From contig OZ245817.1 in the NCBI GenBank assembly GCA_965228475.1, forward strand, positions 352,001-416,000: a DNA stretch of 64,000 nt, written 5' to 3'. The DNA comes from Myxococcota bacterium. GTDB taxonomy: Bacteria > Myxococcota_A > UBA9160 > JAFDDA01. Shown one piece after another: positions 37,496-47,779 of the stretch. Numbering within the stretch: the first letter of the stretch is position 1; each line of letters opens with the position of its first letter. Both the position numbers and the translations under genes were made by a program. The notes beneath the pieces were generated by a model that was not told the origin of the DNA, searched no databases, and worked only from the letters and a program-made list of their open reading frames with translations.

Positions 37496-40400
37496 GTGAT
37501 GCTCCGGCAAGTGCAGCAACGAAGGTCTCCCTGGCAGGGGCCGGCCCTGGCCGTTCTCGCGGCGATGCTGGTCGGCGTCTCGTGCCAGCCCGCGCCCGGG
37601 GACCTCACGGTCGGTACGCCCGAGTGCAAGTCGAAGCCCGGCTCGGTCGTCGTGCTGTGGAAGGCCCCGGCCGGGGCTGCCTCCTACCGCGTCTTGCGCG
37701 GGCCGGCCGATGGCTCCGCGCCCCCCGCGCCGCTCGCCGAAGCCGTGATCCACGGCCCGAAGCCGGCCTACGTCGACGAGAGCGCGCCGGTCGGCGTCGA
37801 GCAGGCCTACGGCGTCGTGGCGCTCGGCGCCGACGGGAGCGCGGGGGCGCCGTCGCCGTACTGCGTCGCGGCTGCGAAGGATCCGGAGGAAGCGCTTCGC
37901 CCGTACTTCGTGACGGAGCCCGTGCTGACGGCGCTCGTCGGCCAGGCCTACCGGTACGATGCGGACGCCGAACACCCCGACCCCGCCGCGCGGCTCACCT
38001 ACTCGCTCTTCATCTCGCCGGAGGACATGGTCATCGACCCGGAGACGGGGGTCGTCGCCTGGACGCCCGGCCCGGAGGACGTCGGCGCGCACCCGGTGAA
38101 GATCCTCGTCGAAGACGAGGCGGGCCGTTCGGCCAAGCAGTTCTACACGCTCGTCGTGAGCGACGGCGGCCCGCCGACGAACCTGCCGCCGGAGATCGTC
38201 TCGGATCCGGTGGGCTCCGCCGTCGCGGGGGAGGCCTACGTCTACCTCGTCGACGCCGAAGACCCGGACGGCGACGTGCTCGCGTTCTCGCTGGAGGTGG
38301 CTCCCGTCGGCATGACCGTCGACCCGGTCTCCGGGCGGATCGACTGGACGCCCACGGACGCGCAGGTCGGGACGGCGAGCGTCCGCGTTCGCGCGACGGA
38401 CCCCGGCGGCCTCTTCGACGCCCAGGACTTCGGCATCATGGTCGCCTCGCCGCCCAACCGCGCGCCCGTGGTCCAGGCGCTGCTCTCCGATGCGGCCCGT
38501 CCCGCGCAGCGGTTCCAGACGTTCTTCGGCGAGGACGTGAACCGCACCGAGGACCCGGCGACGCCCACCGTCGACGACCCGGTCCGCCCCGCGGCGCTTC
38601 CGGCTTCGCAGGCCGCCCGCGACCGCTTCCTGCGGGAGCTCGCCACCGGCGTCGCTGTCGGAACCTTCGAGGATCTCTCGCCCGGCCCGACGCCGAACCT
38701 CCTCGAGATCGGTGAGGAGTCCGTCGCACTGCTCGGCCCGAGCGCGCTCATCGTCGATCGGCCCACCGGGACGAAGGCGGGCCGCTACCCGATCTCCGGC
38801 CGTCGCTTCCTCGAGGGCGAGACCCGCGGGTTCGAGTTCACGGTGCGCTTCGAGGCGCCCGTCGGCGCCTTCGGATTCTTCGCCACCGACGTCGCGGACG
38901 AAGCCAGCATCTCGGGGCAGCTCGTCCTCGACCTGCTCGACGCTGATGGAGGCGTCCGCTCCGTCGAGGTGCCTCACGCTCCGCCCCCCGAGATCGGAAG
39001 CAACAGCGGCAGCGCGCTCTTCTTCGGCGTGATCAGCACGGACCGCCCGATCACGGAGATCACCTTCCGCAACAGCGAGGACGTCGTCGACGCGATCGGC
39101 TTCGACGATCTCGTGATCGCGCGCCCGGACCAGGTGATCTCGGGGCTGCTCGAAGGCGAATCCGTAGCGCTCGCCCCGGCGACCTTCACGGACGCGGAGC
39201 CCGAGCAGACCCACGTGGCGAACGTTTCGTGGGGCGGTGTGCCGGATCCGGGCGCGGTGCTCATCGAGAGCGCCGGCGCGGGCACCGTCGCTTCGCGCCG
39301 CTCCTTCCCGGACGACGCCGACACCTCCGTCGAGGTCTGCGTCACGGACAGCGAAGGCGCCACGGGCTGCGACAGCGCGCCGGTCGAGGTGCAGAACCTG
39401 CCGCCCCGCATCGAGTGCTCGCTCGAGGGCTTCCGGCTGCTCGGAATCCTCGGGGACGGGACGCTGGTCGAGAACGACCCGCTCACCGGTGAACAGACGG
39501 TGCTGGCCGAAACCGGTTTGCCTTCGTGGGGTGGCCTCGACTGGCACCCGCAGCGTGGTGTGCTCTACGGCATCCCCGAACAATCCACCAATCCCCAGCT
39601 CGCCAGACTCGATCCCTTGACGGGAGAAGCCGAGATCATCGGCCCCATCACCCTCGATGGCGTGCAGGTCGGGTTGGCCGAAGGGATCGCCTTCGATCCT
39701 CACTCGGGAGGATTGCTCGCTGCGGTCGGAATCGACCTGCCGCCCAGGGACTTCACGTCGGAACTCCTGGTTTCGCTCGATCCCGACACCGGCGAGGCCA
39801 CGCTCGTCGCGCCCTTCGGCGAAACGAGCGTCCTCACTTCGTCGCAACGCCCGCCCGGAGAGGGGGATGCCGACGACATCGAGTTCATCGGCGCTCAGCT
39901 GATGTTGGCCGACGTCAGCGGTCAGCCGCCCCTGGTCGCCGGGCTCGTGCGCGCTGATCATCGAACCGGGGAAACGGAGATCGTCTTCGAGGGCGAGCCG
40001 AACATCGCCACGCTCGCATACAGCGAAACCACCCAGCAGCTCTTCGCTGCTCAGGCGCTGCCGGAGCCGGCGCTCTACCGGATCGACCCGGCCAGCGGTG
40101 CGGCCACCCTCATCCAGGCGGGGACGGTTCCGGGCGTGCTGGCCGTCGTCCCGCCGCGATCGGTCCCGGTCACGATCGACTTCGATTCGCTGCCCGGCAT
40201 GTTCAACTCCCCCGGGGATCTAGTTCCGGAACCGAGCCGCCTGGGCGACGCCTTTCTCTCGACCCTGGGTGTCTCGTTCCGGTCCGATGCCGACTACGTG
40301 GCGGTGTCGGAGCACGCGCCCTTCCCGACCGTCAGCCCGCCCAACGTGATCGGCGGCGTCACGGCCTCAGGCGAGTTGAGCTACGGCACCCCGATCGAGA

Positions 40401-43400
40401 TCTCCTTCTTCGACCCGGCGAACCCGACGATCCAGCGTGTCACCGACTTCGTGACCATCCGCGGGGAGCAGGCGCCGATCGTCGGATCGACGGCCACCAT
40501 GGAGGCCTTCGACGTCTTCGGGGCCTCGCTCGGTTCCGTCACAGCGGCCGACTCGGTGGACGGGCTCACCCTCCACCTGAACGTCCCCGGGATCCACTCC
40601 GTTCGCCTGACCCAGGATTCGCCGGGCTTTGGCTTCGATGGCACGATCGGCTTCGACGATCTCTCGTTCACGATCGACCCCGGCTGTTCGACGGGCGGGC
40701 TCTACGCGATCGTCGGCCCGCCGCAGCCGTCCCTGGAGGAACCCGCCGAAGGGCCACGGCGCCTCGTCCAGATCGATCTCGACTCGGGGCGGGCGCGGGA
40801 GATCGGCGACCTCACCGGCGACGAGTCGATGGGGCCCGACTCGCTGACGTACGATGCCGTCCGCGGCGCGCTCTTCGCCTCCTTCCGTGATCCGGCCGCG
40901 CTCGTGCGCATCGACCCCATTACGGGGACGTCGCTCGAGGTCGGTTCGTTCCCCGTCAGCACTGGGGAGAGCGCCACCGCCGTGTGTGGCCTCGACGTGA
41001 ACCCGCGAGACGGAAGGCTCTACGCGATCTTCTCTGCCGAGCCGTCCCAGAACCCCTGCGACCGCATCGGGACCGTGGATCCCGAGACGAGCGAGATCAC
41101 GCCGCTCGCGACGCTCTTCCAGGACGACCCGGTGGGTGACCACGACGAGCGGGTCGACGCGGACGCCATCGAGTGGGTCGACGGCGTGCTCTACGCGGTC
41201 GACGCCCACGCCGATGGTGACAACGCCACCGGCCGGACGCTCGCCTACCGGATCGATCCGGAGACCGGGTTCTCCGAACTGATCGGCGAGTTCGGCGAGG
41301 CCGGCGACTTCCTGTTCTTGTTCGGCCTCGCGTATGCGGAGCCTCTCGGAACGCTCTTCGGCGCTTCGAGCGTCGACGAACGGATCGTGAGCCTCGATCT
41401 CGAGGGGTTCCAGTTCGAGGAACGCTTCCGGCCGCGCGAGCGGACGTTCGACATCGCCTTCGCGGTCCCCCCGCCCTTCCGGGGAAGCACCTCGGTCGTG
41501 GAGGGCGAGGCCGCAAGCCTGACCCTGCGCTTCAGCGACCCGGGCGTCCTCGACACCCACGAAGGCGTGATCGACTGGGGCGACGGCTCGGTCGATTCGC
41601 CCCGAGCCATCAGCGACGACGGAACGGGCTTCGTCGGGGGAAGCCACGTCTACGTCCAGGACGGCACCTACGACGTGGAGGTCTGCGTACGAGACGACGA
41701 CGGCGGCGAGGGCTGCACCACCGTCTCCGTCCAGGTCTTCAATGCGTCGCCCGAGATCGCGCCGATTCCCGACGCGGCCCTCGACGAAGGGGGCCTGCTC
41801 GAGATCGAGGCCGACTTCACGGATCCGGGCCGCGAGGACGTCCACGTCGCGAGGATCGATTGGGGCGATGGGTCGCCCGAAGATGCATTCCTCGTGACTC
41901 AGGGAGTGGAGGGCGGGATCGTCTCCGCCAGCCACGTCTACGTGGAGCGCGGCGAGTACGACGCACGGCTGTGCATCGACGACGGAAGCGACCTCGGCTG
42001 CCGGTCCTTCGTGGTCTCGGTCAACGGGGCACCGGCGATCGTCTCGTCGCCGCCGGTGAGTACGGTCCCCGGCGCGCCCTACGCCTACGCGGTCGCTGCG
42101 GAAGACGATCCCTCCGACGTGCTCGCGTTCGCACTCGACGAGGCACCCGCCGGCATGACCATCGACCCGGTGACGGGCCTCGTCCTCTGGACGCCGGTCG
42201 TGAGCCAGCTCGGCGACCACGACGTCTCCGTCCGCGCGACCGACTCCCGCGGCCTGTCCGACGTGCAGTCCTACACCGTCGCCGTGGCGCCCGACGTGAC
42301 CCCGCCCGGCGTGACCGTGATCCTCGATACGCCGCGCATCGACCCGGGAGGCGAGGCCGTCCTCACCGTCACGGCAGAAGACGACGGGGCGCCCCCGGAC
42401 GTCTCCGTCACCGTGAACGGCGTGCCCATTCCGCTCGACGACGACGGGCGTGCCACGATCCCCGGCACGGAGTCCGGCCCGATCGTGATCATCGTCGTGG
42501 TGACCGACGGCGCCGGCAACGAAACGACCGAGACCACCGTTCTCGCGGTGACCGACCCCGACGACGACACGCCGCCCGTGGCGCAGATCGACGCGCCCGC
42601 GGACCTCGCCGAGGTGACGTTCATCGAAGACCTCATCGGCACGGCGACCGACGAGAACCTCTTCCGCTACCAGGTCGGGCTGGCACGCGGGACGGATGCG
42701 CCCTTCGAGCTGCTCGAGGAAGGCTTCGCACCCGTCGTGAGCGATGTCCTGGCAACCCTCGACGCCACGCTCCTCGAGAACGGCCTCTACCGGGTCCGGC
42801 TCGTCGCCGAGGACGTGAACGGCGCCACGGCGGTGGCCGAGCGCGCCGTGCGCATCGCCGGTGATGCCAAGGTCGGCCGCTACCGCCTCACCTTCCTCGA
42901 CCTCCACGTTCCTGTCTCGGGTGTCCCCGTGCGCATCGAGCGGGCCTACGACAGCCGTGATGGCAAGCGGGGCGATTTCGGCCTTGGCTGGCGACTGGAA
43001 CTGCGGCGCGGGAGCTTCGACCACAACCGCTTGCCGGGTCGGGGATGGGACATTCGGGCCGGAGGCGGCTTCTTGGGGCTGCCGTGTCAGGTCGTGGTGG
43101 AAGACCAATCTCATCTGACGGAGGTCCGGCTCTCCGACAGCGAGTTCTATGCCTTCCGGCCCGTTCTTTCCGAGCCCTTCAGCATCGCCGGCGGGTGCGT
43201 GGCGGAGGCCTCTTACGAGTTCGTCGACGGATCCACGCGCGGAGCGGCCCTCGAGATCCTGGACGGGGCCACCGTCTTCCAGGCGAGTGGCTCGGCGGAC
43301 GTGACCCGCTTCGACGATCCGACCGGGGAAACCTACGAGCCGCGTCGGGTTCGCCTGCGAACGCGAGACGGCCGGGTCGTGGATCTCGACGCCGACGCTG

Positions 43401-46400
43401 GCGGCGTGACGCGCATCGTCGACCCGAACGGCAACACGCTGACGATCGAGCCGGACGGCCTGCTTCATTCGACCGGCCTCGAGATCCTCTTCGTGCGGGA
43501 TGCCGAGGGTCGCATCGCGCGAATCGAGGACCCCGAGGGACAGTCCCTCCTCTACTCGTACGACGCAGATGGAAATCTCGATGCCGCCGTCGATCGGTCG
43601 GGCAACGAAACACGCTTCACCTACGAGGCGCCGGGCCGGCTCTCGGAGATCCTCGATCCGCTCGGGCGCCCGTACGTTCGCAGCGAGTACGATGCCGACG
43701 GTCGACTGGTTGCAACGGTAGACGGAAACGGGAACCGCACGGAGTTCCAGCACGATCTCGCGGATCGGCGTGAGGTCCAGATCGACCGTCTCGGCAACGT
43801 CACCGTGCAGGAGTACGACCTGCGCGGGAACGTCGTGACGAGCACCGACCCGCTCGGACAGGTAACGACGACGACGTACGATGCAGACGACAATCGGACG
43901 TCCCGGACGGACCCGGAGGGGCGAGTCTCCCTTTGGAGCTACGATGCAGCCGGGGACGTGGTCTCCTGGACCGACTTCGACGGGAACACCACGCTCTCGA
44001 CCTACGACTCCGCCGGAAGGCTTCTAGCCCAGGTCGACCCCGAGGGAGAGACGACGCAGTACGTCTACGACGCCTCGGGAAACCTGACCGAGATCCTCGA
44101 CCCCGACGGAGGCGTCGCGCGGTTCGCCTACGACGACGCGGGCAACCCCGAGAGCGAGACCGACCCGCTCGGGAACGTTCGCACCTATACATACGATGAG
44201 CGCGGCAACCGGATGACCGAGACCGATCCGCTCGGGAACGTCCGCTCCTTCACCTGGGACGCGACCGGCAACATGCTCTCGGAGAGCGCCATCCGTACGC
44301 AGGGGGACGGCTCGGTTGAAACAGAGACGGTACGCTTTGCCTACGACGCGGACGGCAGGATCGTGCGCCGGACCGACGCCAGCGGTGCGGTTTCCACGCG
44401 CGAGTACGACGGGCTCGGCCGCGTGGTGCGTACGGAAGACGCCAACGGGAACGTCGTCCGCTTCTCGTACGACGGGATCGGGAACCTCGCCGAAGTCTCG
44501 TATCCCGATGGCTCGACGGCCCTGCGCGATCACGACGCCGAGGGGCGACTCGTCCGGTCCGTCGACCGGGATGGACGCGAGACCCGCTTCGAGTACGACG
44601 CGCTCGGGCGGCAGACGGAGACCCTTCACCCCGACGGCACCCGGACGACGCGGGCCTACGACGGAGCGGACCGCCTCGCCGCGCGCACCGACGAGCGGGG
44701 GAACGTGACCACCTTCGCGTACGGACAGAATCAGGTAAGCCGGACCGATCCTCTGGGCCACGTCTGGATCGAGGATCGGGACTCGGCGGGTCGCCTCGAG
44801 CGCCAGGTGGATCCCCTTGGGCGCGAGACCCGCTTCGAGCACGACGGCCGTGGCAACCTCGTGCGGACGGTTTTCGCAGACGGCACCGAGCGCCGAAGCG
44901 TGCATGACGCGGCGGGTCGGGTGATCGAAGAGATCGACGAGGCGGGTTTGGTGACCCGATTCGCCTACGACGGTCGAGGTCAGCTCGCGGCGGTCACGGA
45001 CGCGCTCGGGAACGTGACGCGCTACGGCTACGACGAGCGGGGCAACCAGGTCTCGCGGACCGATGCGCTCGGCCGGGTGACGCGGATGGAGTACGACGCC
45101 GAGGGCCGCCTCGTCCGGCGAACCCTGCCGCTCGGTGAGTCGGAGCTCTTGACCTACGATCTCGTCGGGAACCGGACCTCCCAGACGGATTTCCGCGGTG
45201 AGACGACCACCTTCGAGTACGATGCCGATCGCCGCGAGGTCGCGCGCCGCTTCACCGACGGCTCGAGCATCGAGTCCTCCTGGTCGCCTGCCGGACTCCG
45301 TCTGACGGCTGGAGGCGACGCCTACCTCTACGATGCGCGCAGTCGACTCACCAGCGAAATCAAGGCCGACGGCTCGGTCCTCGCCTACGGCTACGATGCC
45401 GCAGGCAACCGCACCGAGGTTTCGATCGGCGCGGAGACCACGACCTACCTCTACGATGCGGCGAATCGGCTCGCCTCGGTCACCGACTCGGAGCTCGGCA
45501 CCACGAGCTACGTCCGCGACGCCGTCGGCAATCGCGTCGCGGTGGTGTACCCGAACGGGACGATGGCGACGTTCTCCCATGACGCAAGGGACCGGGTCGA
45601 ACAGGTTCGCCACGAGGGGCCGACCAGCCTCCTTCAGTCATTCGTCTACGACATCGGTCCCACCGGCCGGCGCCTGGGGGTCACGGAGGCGCCATCCGGG
45701 CGCCGCGTCGACTACGTCTACGACGACCTACACCGCTTGGTGGAGGAGCGGATCGACGAGGGAGGGGGCGTTCGGACCCTCGCCTATGCGTACGATGCGG
45801 TCGGCAACCGCGTGTCACGGGTCGACTCGCTCGAGGGCGCGACCGCCTACGTCTACGACGCCAACGACCGGTTGCTCGAAGAGCAGGGCCCCCTCGGGAC
45901 GATCTTCCACGCGTACGATGCCAACGGAAGCCTCGTCTCGGTTGACGACGGGCTGGGTCTGGACGAGTACGGGTACGACGCCGAAGGCCGTCTCGTCGCC
46001 GCTTCGCTGGACGATGGGAGCGATCTCGTCGCAGTCGCGTTCGCGTACGACGCGGACGGCCTGCGCACGTCGGCGACCGTCGACGGCGTCGAGACGCGGT
46101 ACCTGGTCGACAAGAACCGCGCCTACGGGCAGGTGATCTCGGAGGTGACGGACGGCGGGACCCGGCGATACGTCTACGGGGAAGCCCGGCTCGCCATGGA
46201 CTCGGACGAGGGGGAGCGCTTCTTCCACCACGACGCCCAGCGCTCCACGCGGCTCCTCACCGATGGTACCGGCGCCGCGAGCGACACCTACGACTACGAT
46301 GCCTTTGGCGTCGCCCTCTCGGAGAGTGGAAACAGTGCCAATCCCTATCGATACGCAGGCGAGCCGCTCGATGCGGCCACGGGCCTCTACTACCTCCGGG

Positions 46401-46945
46401 CCCGCTACTACCAGCCAGGCGTCGGACGCTTCACGGCGCGAGACCCATGGCGTGGCGACGTCTTCCAGCCGCTGACGCTCCATCCGTACGTGTACGTGCA
46501 GAACGACCCGATGAATCGCCTCGACCCTTCGGGAGCGATCGGCATCCTGTCCACCATCGGGAACGCGCTGAACTCGGCCTTCGTCCGATCGATCGGTTTC
46601 CTCTCTGCCGCCGGAACGCTCCTGACCCGGGGCCTCGACAGATCCCGATCCCTGCGCTTCAACACGAGCATCAATCTGCCGAAGATCTTCAACGCAGTGC
46701 AGAACAGGGGTGCCGCGGCAGGGTACCGCCGGGCGACCCAGCTCCTGAACGAGGCGATCAAGCCGAGCTTCCGCCGGGCTCAATGTTTCGCTCTGCGAAA
46801 CGCGCTCGCCGTGGACCTCGCAGCCCGGGTTCTGAACGTCGAGGAGTCGGGCACCCTGTTCGTTCCGGACCCGAGGGACCTCCGCATCCTGAGGGTCAAC
46901 GTTCTCGAGCCGTTGCGAGATACCCTCTGTCAGGGGATCGAGTGA
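37496..46945 (+). CDS. Giant Rhs/YD-repeat lipoprotein with Ig-like, PKD-like and beta-propeller domains
   Basis: 3149 aa; lipobox-like VGVSC (Cys30); three putative-Ig repeats (IDPxTGxxxWTP); PKD-like IDWGDG repeats; many YD repeats; Rhs core YAGEPLDAATGLYYLRARYYQPGVGRF...YVQNDPMNRLDPSG. Confidence 0.92.
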   Translation: MMLRQVQQRRSPWQGPALAVLAAMLVGVSCQPAPGDLTVGTPECKSKPGSVVVLWKAPAGAASYRVLRGPADGSAPPAPLAEAVIHGPKPAYVDESAPVGVEQAYGVVALGADGSAGAPSPYCVAAAKDPEEALRPYFVTEPVLTALVGQAYRYDADAEHPDPAARLTYSLFISPEDMVIDPETGVVAWTPGPEDVGAHPVKILVEDEAGRSAKQFYTLVVSDGGPPTNLPPEIVSDPVGSAVAGEAYVYLVDAEDPDGDVLAFSLEVAPVGMTVDPVSGRIDWTPTDAQVGTASVRVRATDPGGLFDAQDFGIMVASPPNRAPVVQALLSDAARPAQRFQTFFGEDVNRTEDPATPTVDDPVRPAALPASQAARDRFLRELATGVAVGTFEDLSPGPTPNLLEIGEESVALLGPSALIVDRPTGTKAGRYPISGRRFLEGETRGFEFTVRFEAPVGAFGFFATDVADEASISGQLVLDLLDADGGVRSVEVPHAPPPEIGSNSGSALFFGVISTDRPITEITFRNSEDVVDAIGFDDLVIARPDQVISGLLEGESVALAPATFTDAEPEQTHVANVSWGGVPDPGAVLIESAGAGTVASRRSFPDDADTSVEVCVTDSEGATGCDSAPVEVQNLPPRIECSLEGFRLLGILGDGTLVENDPLTGEQTVLAETGLPSWGGLDWHPQRGVLYGIPEQSTNPQLARLDPLTGEAEIIGPITLDGVQVGLAEGIAFDPHSGGLLAAVGIDLPPRDFTSELLVSLDPDTGEATLVAPFGETSVLTSSQRPPGEGDADDIEFIGAQLMLADVSGQPPLVAGLVRADHRTGETEIVFEGEPNIATLAYSETTQQLFAAQALPEPALYRIDPASGAATLIQAGTVPGVLAVVPPRSVPVTIDFDSLPGMFNSPGDLVPEPSRLGDAFLSTLGVSFRSDADYVAVSEHAPFPTVSPPNVIGGVTASGELSYGTPIEISFFDPANPTIQRVTDFVTIRGEQAPIVGSTATMEAFDVFGASLGSVTAADSVDGLTLHLNVPGIHSVRLTQDSPGFGFDGTIGFDDLSFTIDPGCSTGGLYAIVGPPQPSLEEPAEGPRRLVQIDLDSGRAREIGDLTGDESMGPDSLTYDAVRGALFASFRDPAALVRIDPITGTSLEVGSFPVSTGESATAVCGLDVNPRDGRLYAIFSAEPSQNPCDRIGTVDPETSEITPLATLFQDDPVGDHDERVDADAIEWVDGVLYAVDAHADGDNATGRTLAYRIDPETGFSELIGEFGEAGDFLFLFGLAYAEPLGTLFGASSVDERIVSLDLEGFQFEERFRPRERTFDIAFAVPPPFRGSTSVVEGEAASLTLRFSDPGVLDTHEGVIDWGDGSVDSPRAISDDGTGFVGGSHVYVQDGTYDVEVCVRDDDGGEGCTTVSVQVFNASPEIAPIPDAALDEGGLLEIEADFTDPGREDVHVARIDWGDGSPEDAFLVTQGVEGGIVSASHVYVERGEYDARLCIDDGSDLGCRSFVVSVNGAPAIVSSPPVSTVPGAPYAYAVAAEDDPSDVLAFALDEAPAGMTIDPVTGLVLWTPVVSQLGDHDVSVRATDSRGLSDVQSYTVAVAPDVTPPGVTVILDTPRIDPGGEAVLTVTAEDDGAPPDVSVTVNGVPIPLDDDGRATIPGTESGPIVIIVVVTDGAGNETTETTVLAVTDPDDDTPPVAQIDAPADLAEVTFIEDLIGTATDENLFRYQVGLARGTDAPFELLEEGFAPVVSDVLATLDATLLENGLYRVRLVAEDVNGATAVAERAVRIAGDAKVGRYRLTFLDLHVPVSGVPVRIERAYDSRDGKRGDFGLGWRLELRRGSFDHNRLPGRGWDIRAGGGFLGLPCQVVVEDQSHLTEVRLSDSEFYAFRPVLSEPFSIAGGCVAEASYEFVDGSTRGAALEILDGATVFQASGSADVTRFDDPTGETYEPRRVRLRTRDGRVVDLDADAGGVTRIVDPNGNTLTIEPDGLLHSTGLEILFVRDAEGRIARIEDPEGQSLLYSYDADGNLDAAVDRSGNETRFTYEAPGRLSEILDPLGRPYVRSEYDADGRLVATVDGNGNRTEFQHDLADRREVQIDRLGNVTVQEYDLRGNVVTSTDPLGQVTTTTYDADDNRTSRTDPEGRVSLWSYDAAGDVVSWTDFDGNTTLSTYDSAGRLLAQVDPEGETTQYVYDASGNLTEILDPDGGVARFAYDDAGNPESETDPLGNVRTYTYDERGNRMTETDPLGNVRSFTWDATGNMLSESAIRTQGDGSVETETVRFAYDADGRIVRRTDASGAVSTREYDGLGRVVRTEDANGNVVRFSYDGIGNLAEVSYPDGSTALRDHDAEGRLVRSVDRDGRETRFEYDALGRQTETLHPDGTRTTRAYDGADRLAARTDERGNVTTFAYGQNQVSRTDPLGHVWIEDRDSAGRLERQVDPLGRETRFEHDGRGNLVRTVFADGTERRSVHDAAGRVIEEIDEAGLVTRFAYDGRGQLAAVTDALGNVTRYGYDERGNQVSRTDALGRVTRMEYDAEGRLVRRTLPLGESELLTYDLVGNRTSQTDFRGETTTFEYDADRREVARRFTDGSSIESSWSPAGLRLTAGGDAYLYDARSRLTSEIKADGSVLAYGYDAAGNRTEVSIGAETTTYLYDAANRLASVTDSELGTTSYVRDAVGNRVAVVYPNGTMATFSHDARDRVEQVRHEGPTSLLQSFVYDIGPTGRRLGVTEAPSGRRVDYVYDDLHRLVEERIDEGGGVRTLAYAYDAVGNRVSRVDSLEGATAYVYDANDRLLEEQGPLGTIFHAYDANGSLVSVDDGLGLDEYGYDAEGRLVAASLDDGSDLVAVAFAYDADGLRTSATVDGVETRYLVDKNRAYGQVISEVTDGGTRRYVYGEARLAMDSDEGERFFHHDAQRSTRLLTDGTGAASDTYDYDAFGVALSESGNSANPYRYAGEPLDAATGLYYLRARYYQPGVGRFTARDPWRGDVFQPLTLHPYVYVQNDPMNRLDPSGAIGILSTIGNALNSAFVRSIGFLSAAGTLLTRGLDRSRSLRFNTSINLPKIFNAVQNRGAAAGYRRATQLLNEAIKPSFRRAQCFALRNALAVDLAARVLNVEESGTLFVPDPRDLRILRVNVLEPLRDTLCQGIE

Positions 46946-47079
46946 GGGCATCGGCGGTTCCACCCGCTGCGCCTGGGTAGTCCCACCGGAGTCATTCTCT
47001 GGCACCATCGAGCCCACGGGCGAATTCCCCGCTCGCGTCCGCGTCCAACGCGGACCCAGACCGCCAGGGAGGAAGTCTC

Positions 47080-47763
47080 GTGAGCCGCAAGAACCAATGG
47101 ACCGTCGGAGCCTGTGCGATCGGCCTGATCGGAATGATCTTCACCGCGATGCCGAGCGATGCCAACGAGCCCGTCATGGGCCGCACCGTCGGCTCACCCG
47201 CCGGCCAGATGAAGGCGCAGGAGGAGGCCGGCGAGGCCGAGCGGAAGACCCCGCGCACCGGCCCCATGAAGAAGGCGCCGCGCGGGCTGCAGGTGCGGCC
47301 GGGGGCGCCGCAGTCGCCGACCGGACCGACCGGCATCCAGAACACGCCGCACCACGGCGCGGGCCAGGCGAACCTCGTCGTCGAGCTGATCGTGCCGGTG
47401 AGCCATCCGGAAGGACTGCCCGGGACGGGGATGTGCGCCGAAGCGCCGCCCTCGGGAGGCCCGTCGACCCAGGTCCGCTTCCGCGCGCGGAACGCCGGCA
47501 GCGCCCCCGCGCCGCCCAGCACCACCGCGGTGCACTGGACCGGCCCGAACGGCTTCGCCTGGATGAGCATCGTGCAGCACCAGGAGATCCAGCCCGGAGG
47601 CGCACAGAACACCTACGTGAACCTACCGCCCGGCTGCTACGGGCTCGCGGCTCACGGAACCTGCCAGTTCCTCGTCGAGCTCGACCGCAACGACACGGTG
47701 GTCGAGTCGGAGGAGGACGCCGACAACAACCGCAGCGGCTCCTGCATGAAGGCGGGGACGTGA
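47080..47763 (+). CDS. Secreted protein with CARDB-like domain
   Basis: N-terminal hydrophobic leader; ANLVV...RNAGSAPAPPST...VELDRNDTVVESEEDADNN. Confidence 0.7.
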   Translation: MSRKNQWTVGACAIGLIGMIFTAMPSDANEPVMGRTVGSPAGQMKAQEEAGEAERKTPRTGPMKKAPRGLQVRPGAPQSPTGPTGIQNTPHHGAGQANLVVELIVPVSHPEGLPGTGMCAEAPPSGGPSTQVRFRARNAGSAPAPPSTTAVHWTGPNGFAWMSIVQHQEIQPGGAQNTYVNLPPGCYGLAAHGTCQFLVELDRNDTVVESEEDADNNRSGSCMKAGT

Positions 47764-47779
47764 GGCTGACGCCTCGCGG

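Noticed and set aside
37403..47017. Long minus-strand ORFs (N-terminal part of 35549..39961, 40367..43753, 44024..45613, 45815..47017)
   Set aside because: Antisense to the Rhs gene with no recognisable motifs; only 35549..37402 is a real kinase.
47080..47763. Rhs immunity gene
   Set aside because: Separated by 134 bp, has its own RBS and leader, and looks CARDB-like; not excluded, but unsupported.
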